A stretch of DNA of 64,000 nt from a virus (Duplodnaviria; Heunggongvirae; Uroviricota; Caudoviricetes), in the IMG/VR virus record IMGVR_UViG_3300010396_000003, positions 1 to 64,000 of that record; one strand, given 5' to 3'. The notes under the pieces were generated by a model. The model saw only the letters and a program-made list of their open reading frames with translations. It ran no database searches and was not told the DNA's origin. The position numbers and the translations under genes were made by a program. Below, one piece after another: positions 54,764-63,479 of the stretch (positions are counted from its first letter, which is position 1; every line of letters starts with the position of its first letter).

Positions 54764-56251
54764 TTATATCGTTACCTTCGATAAAACACCATCATAGGCG
54801 CCACTTAATTTCAAAAGTGGTGCATCCATAATTTCATCGACAAGGCTGTAGCGGTTAGTCCGCATGGTCTGAACCAGGTTCGGCAATGCATAATAATCGA
54901 TCCTTGTACCACGAAGATCAAATACTTGCATGTCGATGCCTGCGTGACGCATGGAACTAATTAGCGTTTCATATCCGCCGTCACAATGATACAGGTAAAC
55001 AGGCAAATCCTTGCTGAACTTATCCGCATAAGCCTTGTGGACATCCGGAAAAAACGGCGGCGTGTTTTCTTGGGCATCGGAAACGATGGCAACTCCATCG
55101 ATATCGTGTCCGTTTTCAAGAATCCACTTCAAACCGCAGCCCACAGACGTTCCTCCATCGGCTTTAATATAGCGTGTCTTGGCTTTGATTGCGTCTAGGG
55201 ACATGCCCGTAACGTCAATCGCGTGCGGAGCCGTATCAAAGAACACCAAATACACCTTCCCCTTAACCATCTTGGCAAGAGTAGCTGACACTTCTACGGC
55301 AACGTTAATCGCTTGGCTCATCGATCCCGACTTATCTCCGAGAACAACCCAATTGCCATCAACGCCTGCATTCTGCAGTTTGCGCTCCTGAACGCCACGA
55401 AGTTTTTCCTTGAGTTCCTCGTCTTCGATTGCCTCTGCCGCAGTCGTAGCCTTAAGTAGGTTATCAGAGCTCTTGGCTGCGCGCGTCAATGCTTCCTCGA
55501 ACGCTCCGCGGAGTGCAGAATTCGCCTTTACTCCAAGACGCTCCAACATTTTCGTATTGTTGATAACCTCGTTGGCAGTCATCTGCTTCATCAGCGCAAG
55601 GACAAGATCCGGTTCCTTCGCCTTTTCACCGAGGGCACCGATTGCAATCAGGAACGGAATCTTGCGGGTCATAATCGTTCCCGCCGCTTCGAGTGGAGTC
55701 ATGTTCTTGAGGTTGGCAACAGCCTCAAACAATGAACCGCTCGGATATGGAGCCTTTTTCTTATCGAGTGTCCGTCCGTGCAGAAAGATATTAGCAAACT
55801 CAGCCGGCTTCACATGCACAAGGCTATAGAGAGACCGCATCGTTTCCCTGTGCTGCAATGCCATACGCTCGAAGCGCGGTGCGTTCGCCTCCGCCTTCTT
55901 TAGATATGCAGCAACCAGACGGGACATTGTTGACATACGTCCCGGCAACTTGACATCCATTGCAAAATGCAATGCCTTGAGAAGTTCACGCGGATTGAGT
56001 ATCGTCAAATGAGCCCATGAGTTTTCCGCGAGTTCGACAGGGAAGTCATTGGCCGACAAAGATACGATCGGCAATGCCACCTTCGCATCGCGGATCTGTC
56101 CCTTTGAACGATCCCAGGCAATCAGGTGCGCCAAGAATTCCGGTTCCTTCTTTGCCGCTTCTCGACCGAGAGGAACGTATTCTTTCAGTTCGCCGTGGGT
56201 CGAACGCGTCAATTCTGAAATAATTCTGTTCTTGGTCAATCCAGTTTCCAT
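54764..56251 (-). CDS. Ro60/Rsr-like TROVE + vWA protein candidate
   Basis: 495 aa. The C-terminal part has a von Willebrand A MIDAS (VVLGDKSGSMS ... DGGTSVG ... VSDAQEN) after a long helical-repeat N-terminal region, which is the Ro60 domain order. Two permuted tRNA-mimic (YrlA-like) RNA modules lie 1.7-2 kb upstream on the same strand. Confidence 0.45.
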   Translation of the reverse strand: METGLTKNRIISELTRSTHGELKEYVPLGREAAKKEPEFLAHLIAWDRSKGQIRDAKVALPIVSLSANDFPVELAENSWAHLTILNPRELLKALHFAMDVKLPGRMSTMSRLVAAYLKKAEANAPRFERMALQHRETMRSLYSLVHVKPAEFANIFLHGRTLDKKKAPYPSGSLFEAVANLKNMTPLEAAGTIMTRKIPFLIAIGALGEKAKEPDLVLALMKQMTANEVINNTKMLERLGVKANSALRGAFEEALTRAAKSSDNLLKATTAAEAIEDEELKEKLRGVQERKLQNAGVDGNWVVLGDKSGSMSQAINVAVEVSATLAKMVKGKVYLVFFDTAPHAIDVTGMSLDAIKAKTRYIKADGGTSVGCGLKWILENGHDIDGVAIVSDAQENTPPFFPDVHKAYADKFSKDLPVYLYHCDGGYETLISSMRHAGIDMQVFDLRGTRIDYYALPNLVQTMRTNRYSLVDEIMDAPLLKLSGAYDGVLSKVTI

Positions 56252-56263
56252 GTTCGACCTCCG

Positions 56264-56998
56264 TTAAGATAATTTCCGGTTCTTCAAATATTCTTCAATT
56301 ACCGCAAAATCAAGACCGCGCTTCTTACAGAATTCCTCTGGATCGCGGTTGCCTTTTTCCTTATTACAACGCTTGCACGCGGTCACGAAATTAAACTCAT
56401 TATTGTCGCCGCCTAGTTCGAGTGGGCGCCAATGGTCAATCGTTAATAGCGTCTTTCCCATCGGCACGGCGCAATATAGGCACTTGAATCCATCGGCTGC
56501 CCATATCTTCTGCTGGACGGCACCAGAAATGGCGTAGCGCAACTTCCGATGAAAAATCTTCGGAATCGTTGCGCCCTGTCCGTTTGGCTTCGGTCCAACA
56601 AGGATCTCGGGATCATCGGTGCGCTGAATAAAGTCTGACCATTCATCGACGGTCAATTCTTTGAAATTAATGTCGGTATCGTTGCAACAAATGTCCGGCA
56701 TCGTGTCGGGCAGAAACAAACACATCGCATCTGAATCGGAGCCAACAATAATCCCATTGATACGGACTAAGTTTCCGATATCACCATATAATGCCGGACG
56801 GCCGCTCAACTTCATCAAATAAAATCTGTCGTCGCTCTTTGGCATCAGAGAACCTTCCGAATTAACGCAGTAAATAAAAACATCGCAACAATCGCAGCCA
56901 TAAACCAAATAGCGGCCGTCAAGCGCACAACAATATAGGCATGTTCTATGAACCATATGGTAAAGATCATAAAGACCGCCAAGCCAGCAATGATCCAT
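56264..56998 (-). CDS. HNH endonuclease domain protein
   Basis: C-terminal CLYCAVPMGKTLLTIDHWRPLELGGDNNEFNFVTACKRCNKEKG is an HNH motif. N-terminal Cys-rich domain unknown; the true start may be an internal Met. Confidence 0.5.
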   Translation of the reverse strand: MDHCWLGGLYDLYHMVHRTCLYCCALDGRYLVYGCDCCDVFIYCVNSEGSLMPKSDDRFYLMKLSGRPALYGDIGNLVRINGIIVGSDSDAMCLFLPDTMPDICCNDTDINFKELTVDEWSDFIQRTDDPEILVGPKPNGQGATIPKIFHRKLRYAISGAVQQKIWAADGFKCLYCAVPMGKTLLTIDHWRPLELGGDNNEFNFVTACKRCNKEKGNRDPEEFCKKRGLDFAVIEEYLKNRKLS

Positions 56999-57100
56999 AC
57001 TTTCATAAATTTGGTGTCCGCCTTAGCAGACAGTAGTCGGTTAAATAATCAACAATTCCATAACCGTGATAACCCACAATCAACAACCAACAATCAACAG

Positions 57101-57117
57101 AATAGTTGCGATATAAT
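57101..57117. repeat. perfect palindrome TTGCGATATAATCGCAA containing a TATAAT box
   Basis: Exact 7-bp arms around ATA, inside a 260-nt CAA-rich noncoding tract. Confidence 0.5.
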
Positions 57118-57261
57118 CGCAATCACCTTGTCGGTGGAAGTTGAAGCGCGGTTATCGTACCGAATGGACGCTGCGCTTTTATCGAGTGCACAGTCCTCTA
57201 GACTACTCTCTCCCGCCTCGGCGGACATTGAATCGACGGCAAGGCAGCCTGTCGAAATTGT

Positions 57262-57588
57262 TTAGGAAACTTTTGATTTGGCTGGCACTAACTCGCCAAG
57301 CACATCGTCATCGCGCTCGTAGTTCTGGACGTTCACGCTTTGGTTTGTCGATTTAATCGCTTCGTCCAGAATTCGAATCTCACGTGCGACTTTGGTTATC
57401 GTATTGTCCAGAGCCACTACATCATAAAGAGGCTCGATAACCTGGTGCTTGTCGGCATTGGCACCATAATGGACGGTCTGCCGATGCGAATTTTCATTGC
57501 GAAGACTTACAAGTTCACCGTGGCGTGTCGTTAGGGTCTGCTTCCACGCTATTGCTGCCGAGATTGTGATTGGTCCCTTCATGATCAC
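57262..57588 (-). CDS. hypothetical protein
   Basis: 108-aa ORF. Confidence 0.3.
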   Translation of the reverse strand: MIMKGPITISAAIAWKQTLTTRHGELVSLRNENSHRQTVHYGANADKHQVIEPLYDVVALDNTITKVAREIRILDEAIKSTNQSVNVQNYERDDDVLGELVPAKSKVS

Positions 57589-57772
57589 CCTTTCTCAAAT
57601 CGTAGATTGCGAACGGCTCAAACTCACCGCAAATTCCGTAACCGATACCAACCTTTTGCGTGGTGTGTAGTTCAGGATCCGTCTCACCAAACTCTCCCGT
57701 TAGGGAAAATGCGAACCTCGCCACTCCGCACTTATTACAACTATAAACAATAACGAACGGAGGTTTGTTCAT
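57515..57772 (-). CDS. hypothetical small Cys-containing protein
   Basis: Start taken at MNKPPFVIVYSCNKCG, just downstream of tRNA-Ala. Overlaps the previous ORF, so one of the two may be wrong. Confidence 0.25.
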   Translation of the reverse strand: MNKPPFVIVYSCNKCGVARFAFSLTGEFGETDPELHTTQKVGIGYGICGEFEPFAIYDLRKGDHEGTNHNLGSNSVEADPNDTPR

Positions 57773-57776
57773 AAAA

Positions 57777-57850
57777 TGGTGGAGGAAAGGAGAATCGAAC
57801 TCCCTCTTACTGGGTGCAGACCAGTCGTCATTCCGGTAGACCATTCCCCC
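57777..57850 (-). tRNA. tRNA-Ala(TGC)
   Basis: Acceptor GGGGGAA/TTCCTCC with the G3-U70 wobble pair, anticodon stem ACTGG/CCAGT, loop TCTGCAC, T-arm GGGAGTTCGATTCTCCT. Confidence 0.6.
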
Positions 57851-57954
57851 ATAAATTTACTGGCGTCAAGTCGTTTTGCTTTCGGCTTAGCCGAACGATT
57901 AGCAGTCGTGTAAGCAAAACAGTGGACGCCAAAATCAACTGCCACAAAGAAAGA

Positions 57955-58100
57955 TTGACGCTAAGTCTTAGTGCTTTTTTTTACGCGCTCTACCACTGAG
58001 CTATAGGCTCCGTTTGGGAGCCTAGTTGGATTCGAACCAACGACCTCGGTCTCCATCAGGACATGTAAGCCCTAAAGTGAGCGTCAAGAAATATTGACGG
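57955..58100 (-). ncRNA. Y-RNA-like (YrlA-type) tRNA mimic, module 1
   Basis: Minus-strand order: T-arm GUUGGUUCGAAUCCAAC, then acceptor 3' strand UAGGCUC, then closing loop CCAAACG, then acceptor 5' strand GAGCCUA, then U8 A9 and a canonical D-arm GCUCAGUGGUAGAGC. No anticodon arm. The flanks UUGACGCU/AGCGUCAA can pair into a long bulged helix. Confidence 0.4.
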
Positions 58101-58140
58101 AAAGTCGAGAGAGGTAAAATTCATTGTTCCTCAAAAGGAA

Positions 58141-58165
58141 GTCCCCCATTGGCGGGGACTGTGGG
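58141..58165 (-). terminator. rho-independent terminator (GUCCCC-GCCAAU-GGGGGAC + UUCCUUUUG) after module 2
   Basis: Reverse complement of 58141-58165 forms a 6-7 bp GC stem followed by a U-rich tract. Confidence 0.5.
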
Positions 58166-58345
58166 TATGAGCCACAACATGTAACCTGCTCTACAGTGTC
58201 CGTCAAAACTGAATTGGCGCAAAATCTAGCACGGTTAACTTCGTGTCTTTGCCATTAGACTAGCCCCTCACAGTTGATGAGGGGCCTAGGATTCGAACCT
58301 AGAACTCGACCTTATGATGGTCGCGTGTATCGTACTAAGTGTGCG
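58166..58345 (-). ncRNA. Y-RNA-like (YrlA-type) tRNA mimic, module 2
   Basis: Same permuted layout as module 1: T-arm CUAGGUUCGAAUCCUAG, acceptor 3' GCCCCUC, loop AUCAACUGU, acceptor 5' GAGGGGC, then UA and D-arm GUCUAAUGGCAAAGAC. The flanks GGCGCA/UGCGCC pair. Confidence 0.4.
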
Positions 58346-58510
58346 CCAAACTTAATCCCGGAAATCGTTCTGCTTTGTCCTTTCGGACGCCGGATTTGAA
58401 CCGGTTCTTCACTTTAATGGAGTGATGCTGAACCAATCAGCACGTGTAAGCCGAACAGTGCCGGGAATAGGAGAATAAACGTTTACTTGGTTTCGTGTCA
58501 AGGACAATCT

Positions 58511-58831
58511 TTAAGAAGTTCCAGCAGTAACTCGCACATGGCAGCGATGAATAAATGGATACTGTACATCTAAAATAGCAACACGGCACTCGTAACGTTC
58601 TTTGAATAGTCGGATTATTTCTTGAAGGTTAGCCCAAGCAATCGATCCCGATTCTTTCTGCGCTTGTTGGAGAAGATCACCGGAAGGCATTAATCGAATA
58701 GTTGGATTATCCGGTATGAGCGTATAGGCATAAATTTCCGCTGTATCGCCGCCGTATCCGTTACACCCATGAAAGGCATCGCTCAGTTCAGACCATGCTC
58801 GTAATGCTTGACGGATAGTAATATCATTCAT
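58511..58831 (-). CDS. hypothetical protein
   Basis: 106-aa ORF. Confidence 0.3.
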   Translation of the reverse strand: MNDITIRQALRAWSELSDAFHGCNGYGGDTAEIYAYTLIPDNPTIRLMPSGDLLQQAQKESGSIAWANLQEIIRLFKERYECRVAILDVQYPFIHRCHVRVTAGTS

Positions 58832-59205
58832 TATTCGATCTTTCTACCATCAAACGATATAGCTCTCGCCTCTCCGCTTCCTTTAACCTCATATTCGATA
58901 GCGCATTCGTAGCCCGTATAAGAAAATGTGCGCAAGGTATCTCCGGCAAATCCTAGACTAGCTCCAATTTCATAATTGGATTCTTTTGATGAGTGTAAAT
59001 AAATAGTTATCCTTTTGGGCCAAGACTCCGGATGTTTTTGGATAATGTCCTGCGCGACATTAATCGCCCTCACTAGCGAAGAGTTGTCAATCGCGGCGGG
59101 AAACTGTGAATAAAAACTATTGTGCTGATTGGGACTAAATTTTTTTATGAGATTTTGCAACGTGTCGCGCTGAAACCTTTCTGTTAATTTTTCGGCGTAA
59201 CTCAC
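58831..59205 (-). CDS. hypothetical protein
   Basis: 124-aa ORF coupled to the ABC ATPase gene (ATGA overlap). Confidence 0.3.
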   Translation of the reverse strand: MSYAEKLTERFQRDTLQNLIKKFSPNQHNSFYSQFPAAIDNSSLVRAINVAQDIIQKHPESWPKRITIYLHSSKESNYEIGASLGFAGDTLRTFSYTGYECAIEYEVKGSGEARAISFDGRKIE

Positions 59206-60008
59206 AGCGTCCTAAACCTTTCTTTAATTTCTCGCGTAAAATCTGTGAAGCGCGGACTCGTAATAATGTTTTCATGCCAACAAAGATCACGGTCAATCAA
59301 ATCGTAGACCTCGACAATACGCGCACCCGGAATGATGCGGCCGGCAGCATCATGATCACGTCCCATAAGCCAAAGATGATCCGCAACGCTAGCGGCGGCG
59401 GTCACATCATGGGTCGTAAGGATAATTGTATTGAACTCGTTGAGATTTGCGATCTGCTGGATAAGCTTTCCAGTTTTTTCGAGCATAAGCATATCCAGCC
59501 CACTAAACGGTTCATCGAGTATCAGGAAATGATCCGAGCAAAGAACCTGCTGAATAATCGCAATGCGTTGGCGCTGTCCACCCGATAACTGAACAGGATA
59601 AAGATTAATCTTGTCCGCGAGCTCGAAAAGCTCCAGATACTTCATTACGCGTTCCTTGGCTCCATTGGGATCCTTGCGCTTAGCTGCAAGCACGAGATTT
59701 GACAGTATCGTTCGATGCCAGAATAGTGGATAGTCCTGTGCGACAACACCAACCATTCCCGGATGAACAGCCTTGCCGCCATCAAGATAGACCTGTCCGG
59801 ACGTTGGTTGGTTCAGTCCTGAGATAATTCGAAACATCTGCGTTTTGCCGATTCCGCTAGGACCGAGAAAGCCCACAACTTGTCCTCTGCCGTCAGTGCG
59901 AATGATTTCTTTGATTTCGGCGCATACGTTACGCAGAATCGGCTTGCCATCATAGGACAGGCAAACATTGTCGATTTTTAGAAGGGTCGGTCCGTAAGAG
60001 CAGTTCAC
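59202..60008 (-). CDS. ABC transporter ATP-binding protein (NitT/TauT SsuB-like)
   Basis: Walker A GPSGIGKT, Q-loop, signature LSGGQRQR, Walker B FLILDEPFSGLD, H-loop TTHD. Confidence 0.8.
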   Translation of the reverse strand: MNCSYGPTLLKIDNVCLSYDGKPILRNVCAEIKEIIRTDGRGQVVGFLGPSGIGKTQMFRIISGLNQPTSGQVYLDGGKAVHPGMVGVVAQDYPLFWHRTILSNLVLAAKRKDPNGAKERVMKYLELFELADKINLYPVQLSGGQRQRIAIIQQVLCSDHFLILDEPFSGLDMLMLEKTGKLIQQIANLNEFNTIILTTHDVTAAASVADHLWLMGRDHDAAGRIIPGARIVEVYDLIDRDLCWHENIITSPRFTDFTREIKERFRTL

Positions 60009-60223
60009 TTATTCTCCCTTAGCCATTCCAAAGCCCCGGCATAAATATCGGCATAGCCGCTTGCAAAGCCTTTATAGAGTTCATTGCGCGTCTTTTGCGG
60101 TAGCGAGTAGTAACAATCACCGCAAAATGATTGCCGTACTTTCTTTTTATTTCCGCAAGCAGCACATGTCGCGGAGAAAAGATCATCCCAAGCGATTTTG
60201 TCGGCCGATTTTGATAGCGGCAT
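60005..60223 (-). CDS. small Cys-rich protein
   Basis: 72 aa with CAACGNKKK...CGDCYY. Confidence 0.3.
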   Translation of the reverse strand: MPLSKSADKIAWDDLFSATCAACGNKKKVRQSFCGDCYYSLPQKTRNELYKGFASGYADIYAGALEWLRENK

Positions 60224-60514
60224 TTAGTTCACCGGCCAAATACAGGCATGACTCTTGCCATCATGTGTAAAGGTGCCGCTCCAGGTACTTTCCGGCTCGT
60301 ATGTTCCTAGATTTACTTCCGAAACAGGACTGAAATCATTGCCCTCAGAATCTTTTGCCACAACTATTTCGGTTTCCGGTGGCAGCTTTTCTAGTATTTC
60401 GATCAATTCTTTCACCGTCATTGCCGCTCCAACGTAAGGTCGGCATATGGACAGAAAATGCGGCGCATAACTCCGATTGCCCAATCCTGTCCCAAGCCAA
60501 CCAGAAGAATGCAA
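60224..60514 (-). CDS. hypothetical protein
   Basis: 96-aa ORF. Confidence 0.3.
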   Translation of the reverse strand: MHSSGWLGTGLGNRSYAPHFLSICRPYVGAAMTVKELIEILEKLPPETEIVVAKDSEGNDFSPVSEVNLGTYEPESTWSGTFTHDGKSHACIWPVN

Positions 60515-61206
60515 ATCTGGATGGCAAGGACTGCCGATAAGTGAAAATGCTTATTCTGGTCGAGTAATAGCGTTCCGATGCCTCCACCTTCGCGCGAGAT
60601 CCCCTCAACAAGACTCAACATCATCCAACCCATTGCTGCATTTTGTCGTAGGGCGTCGAATGTCTTGTCGACTTGCCCATAAACAACAACCTCAAGCGAC
60701 GTCCGCCACTCCTGCATTCCTAGCGTTCGCGCTAGATCGAATTGCTCTTTGGGAACGCTCGCAATCACATCCGCCATGCTCACGATGTAAAACACAGTTA
60801 CAGAGAACACCAAGAGATAGACTTTTAATTCGTGCCCGTCCGCAGCCATAAGTGTAAAAAAGAAACTCAGGCCGGCAAGAGACAGGAAGCGGAGTTTTCC
60901 GATGAAAGATACAATCGGACGAAAAAATGGCATCACCGAGGCGTAGGCGAGTCCAAGCGTGATGATCGTAGCCCAAAATAAGGCTTCAAGATTAAGCAAG
61001 AAACTTGTGATGAGCTCGGCGCCCAAGCCTTCGCTTTTCCAAAGATAAGCAAGGGAGCTAAGGACCTCACCTGGCTTTGGCAGGAAGACAAATGGCGATA
61101 AAAACCAAATAGCAAAAAAGATCGCCAATTGGACGCCGATCAACACGCGCATCGTGTTGTGTGAAATTACTTTATTAGGAGTGACTAGATCCAGCAGCTT
61201 TCGCAT
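60418..61206 (-). CDS. ABC transporter permease (binding-protein-dependent transport TM component)
   Basis: Six predicted TM segments and a conserved EAA-like loop region; 262 aa. Confidence 0.55.
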   Translation of the reverse strand: MRKLLDLVTPNKVISHNTMRVLIGVQLAIFFAIWFLSPFVFLPKPGEVLSSLAYLWKSEGLGAELITSFLLNLEALFWATIITLGLAYASVMPFFRPIVSFIGKLRFLSLAGLSFFFTLMAADGHELKVYLLVFSVTVFYIVSMADVIASVPKEQFDLARTLGMQEWRTSLEVVVYGQVDKTFDALRQNAAMGWMMLSLVEGISREGGGIGTLLLDQNKHFHLSAVLAIQICILLVGLGQDWAIGVMRRIFCPYADLTLERQ

Positions 61207-61492
61207 TCGTGTGTTCCAATTTGTCGATTTCGCCAGCTACGTGGTTGAGAACAGCTTTAAGTTCTGATGGCATGAAATTCGTTGTAAGTGGCGGATTGGC
61301 TGGAAGCGTAAAATTTCGCAAGTGGGCAGCCGCGGCATCGCGTCCACGTTCAAAACCACGTTGTTCGGCGGTCTTGATCGATTCTTTTAGACCCGTAGCA
61401 GCCTCTTTGATTCGGTCGGTAAATGGTTTGACTATTGCGTTATGGAAATCTTCGATTGCATTGTCCAACTTCTTGCCGTGTTCTTCAAACAT
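61175..61492 (-). CDS. hypothetical protein
   Basis: 105-aa helical ORF. Confidence 0.3.
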   Translation of the reverse strand: MFEEHGKKLDNAIEDFHNAIVKPFTDRIKEAATGLKESIKTAEQRGFERGRDAAAAHLRNFTLPANPPLTTNFMPSELKAVLNHVAGEIDKLEHTNAKAAGSSHS

Positions 61493-61670
61493 AGCATATC
61501 TCCTTTACGAGATTTAGAGAGGACATAACCAACATTGGAACACAGAAGTAGCTAATATCCTCTCCACCTAAAAGATAAATAACAAAACAGATGAGCATCA
61601 TACCGACGAAACGATACCAGAGTGGCGCTAGCGGTTCTCGATCTGTATGCTCATCCATTCAAAATTCTCC

Positions 61671-63461
61671 TTAACTTCCGCTGAGTGTGATTTCAACGCG
61701 CCGGTTCTGTGCACGGCCATCCGACGTATCGTTAGATGCAATTGGGTTATCGTCTCCGTGTCCGGCAACGCGAAAACGGCTACGCGGGAAGTTTGACGGC
61801 GCGGCTTTTTGCAGCCAATCCGCCACAGCCTCGGCACGGTTACCGGATAGCAGGTTATTCGTCTGTTGCGAACCGGTATTATCTGTGTATCCATCAATCT
61901 TTATAGCTAGGCCGGTAATCGCCAACGAATCCTTCAATTCTTGCATCGTGGCAATGCCGTCCGGAGTTAGTTGTGCACTACCGCTATCGAAATTGATGTG
62001 ATAGGCACGCTTTGAAACAATGGGACCATTAACGTCAGCAGAATAATTCTGAGTTGCAGCATCGCCCCCAGCGTTATTCATTATTGCTTCTGCCCCGGTC
62101 ACAAAAGACTTATCCTCAATATCCTTGACGTTGGGAATGGGCGTGTCTTTGAATAGCTGTGGATATTGCTGCATATCCACGTTCGCAAATACATTGTACG
62201 TGGAACGGAAATTGTCGTTTGTTCCAGGCATCAGGCCAAAAAGGATTTGTTCATCAGCCATGTTGTTTACCGCCGAACCACCAAGGCTTACACGTAAACC
62301 CTGGGAGTCTGTTTGTTGGACGCCCTTAAAATATTTGTACCAATACGCTTCGTCCTGATCATTGTAGAATTTCGCGGAAATGGCAGCAGCTTTATGCAAA
62401 CACTGATCGAAAGCATTAAGCTGGTCTCCAGCCTCAAGCGTTGCGGCAAGCATGCCCTCAATCTCTGAATGGTTCTTTGTGAAAAAAGCCTCTGGTCCAA
62501 GTATCACGGCTGGCATCTGTGAACTGTATTGTTTGGAACTTACAATCTTGACGAGACCGCCGCGCTGTGTGGCGATATTGACGTCTCCCGGCGTCCACGT
62601 TACAACTGCATTCACGCAAACGTGTTTCGTTTCCCCTGTCAGCTTTCCGTCTTTCACAACCTTGCGATCTTCGCAATAATTCGAGTTGTATTGTTCGGCA
62701 GCTTTCAAGTAATCGGGAGAATTAACCCAGTTGACGGCATCTGGATCATAAGTCTTTTCATCGGGGTTATTGGGAATGTTATTGTCGCCCTCCCACTTTA
62801 GCGCAATATTCCAATCTCCATCCCGAAGGACTCCAGCGACAAGAATTCCACGTGCGGCTTGTGGATTAGTCTTAATTTCAGGTGCGGCCATGAAAGCATC
62901 TTCGCCACGGCTATATCCGGTCGCTCCAATTACTTTGGCTTGCCATTCCTGACCAAGCTTCTTTAGTTGAGGATTGAGCCCGGCAAGGAACTGACCGCTT
63001 CCATCACCCATGATAATTACGAAGTTGGCTCCAGCTGAACACTGATTCGCGCCGTCATGCAATTCCTTCGCACAACTAATCAGATCCTGTTGCATTTGGC
63101 TCGTGTCGTCCTGTCGAAACAATTGCAAATTAACACCGTGCTTCTGCATCAGTGAATTCTCGGTGGTGGCTTGTCCGCCGTTTGCATAAATCAGGTTAGC
63201 TTGGGCATTCCATTCCCATACTTCGCCACGGACAAGCGTGGCTGGAACATTTGCCGGTGTATCACTTGGTAGTGGTTGCGGATCGACATTGGCAACCTGT
63301 GCGGTTTTTAGGTCAGGCAAAATTATTTTGGTCGGAACAAGCGCTTTCATAATCCCTGGTGTCGGGATCCAGCCGGCATTCATCGCACCACGCAATCCAA
63401 AGATGAAAGCAAGAACGAGAACAACAATTCCTGCAATTTTTGCTCCTGGTCTAACTGCCAT
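61671..63461 (-). CDS. membrane-anchored periplasmic protein with C-terminal OmpA-like peptidoglycan-binding domain (possible substrate-binding component)
   Basis: N-terminal TM anchor and a large periplasmic domain. C-terminal IDGYTDNTGSQQTNNLLSGNRAEAVADWL...GHGDDNPIASNDTSDGRAQNRRVEI is the OmpA_C signature. Confidence 0.55.
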   Translation of the reverse strand: MAVRPGAKIAGIVVLVLAFIFGLRGAMNAGWIPTPGIMKALVPTKIILPDLKTAQVANVDPQPLPSDTPANVPATLVRGEVWEWNAQANLIYANGGQATTENSLMQKHGVNLQLFRQDDTSQMQQDLISCAKELHDGANQCSAGANFVIIMGDGSGQFLAGLNPQLKKLGQEWQAKVIGATGYSRGEDAFMAAPEIKTNPQAARGILVAGVLRDGDWNIALKWEGDNNIPNNPDEKTYDPDAVNWVNSPDYLKAAEQYNSNYCEDRKVVKDGKLTGETKHVCVNAVVTWTPGDVNIATQRGGLVKIVSSKQYSSQMPAVILGPEAFFTKNHSEIEGMLAATLEAGDQLNAFDQCLHKAAAISAKFYNDQDEAYWYKYFKGVQQTDSQGLRVSLGGSAVNNMADEQILFGLMPGTNDNFRSTYNVFANVDMQQYPQLFKDTPIPNVKDIEDKSFVTGAEAIMNNAGGDAATQNYSADVNGPIVSKRAYHINFDSGSAQLTPDGIATMQELKDSLAITGLAIKIDGYTDNTGSQQTNNLLSGNRAEAVADWLQKAAPSNFPRSRFRVAGHGDDNPIASNDTSDGRAQNRRVEITLSGS

Positions 63462-63479
63462 ACTTAGCTCCTTTCGAAT

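Noticed and set aside
57986-58041. Interpreted at first as a circularly permuted or split tRNA gene (3' half upstream of 5' half)
   Set aside because: No anticodon arm can be assembled from either flank, and the acceptor strands are joined by a short loop. A second copy with the same layout exists 250 bp away beside a terminator and near a Ro60-like gene, so it is reinterpreted as a YrlA-type tRNA-mimic module rather than a processed permuted tRNA.
58380-58470. Third tRNA-like element (AACCGGUUCAAAUCCGG followed by GUCC-GAAA-GGAC)
   Set aside because: It has a T-arm-like hairpin and a loop-closed short helix but no recognisable D-arm or acceptor complementarity. Too degenerate to call; it may be a remnant of another mimic module.
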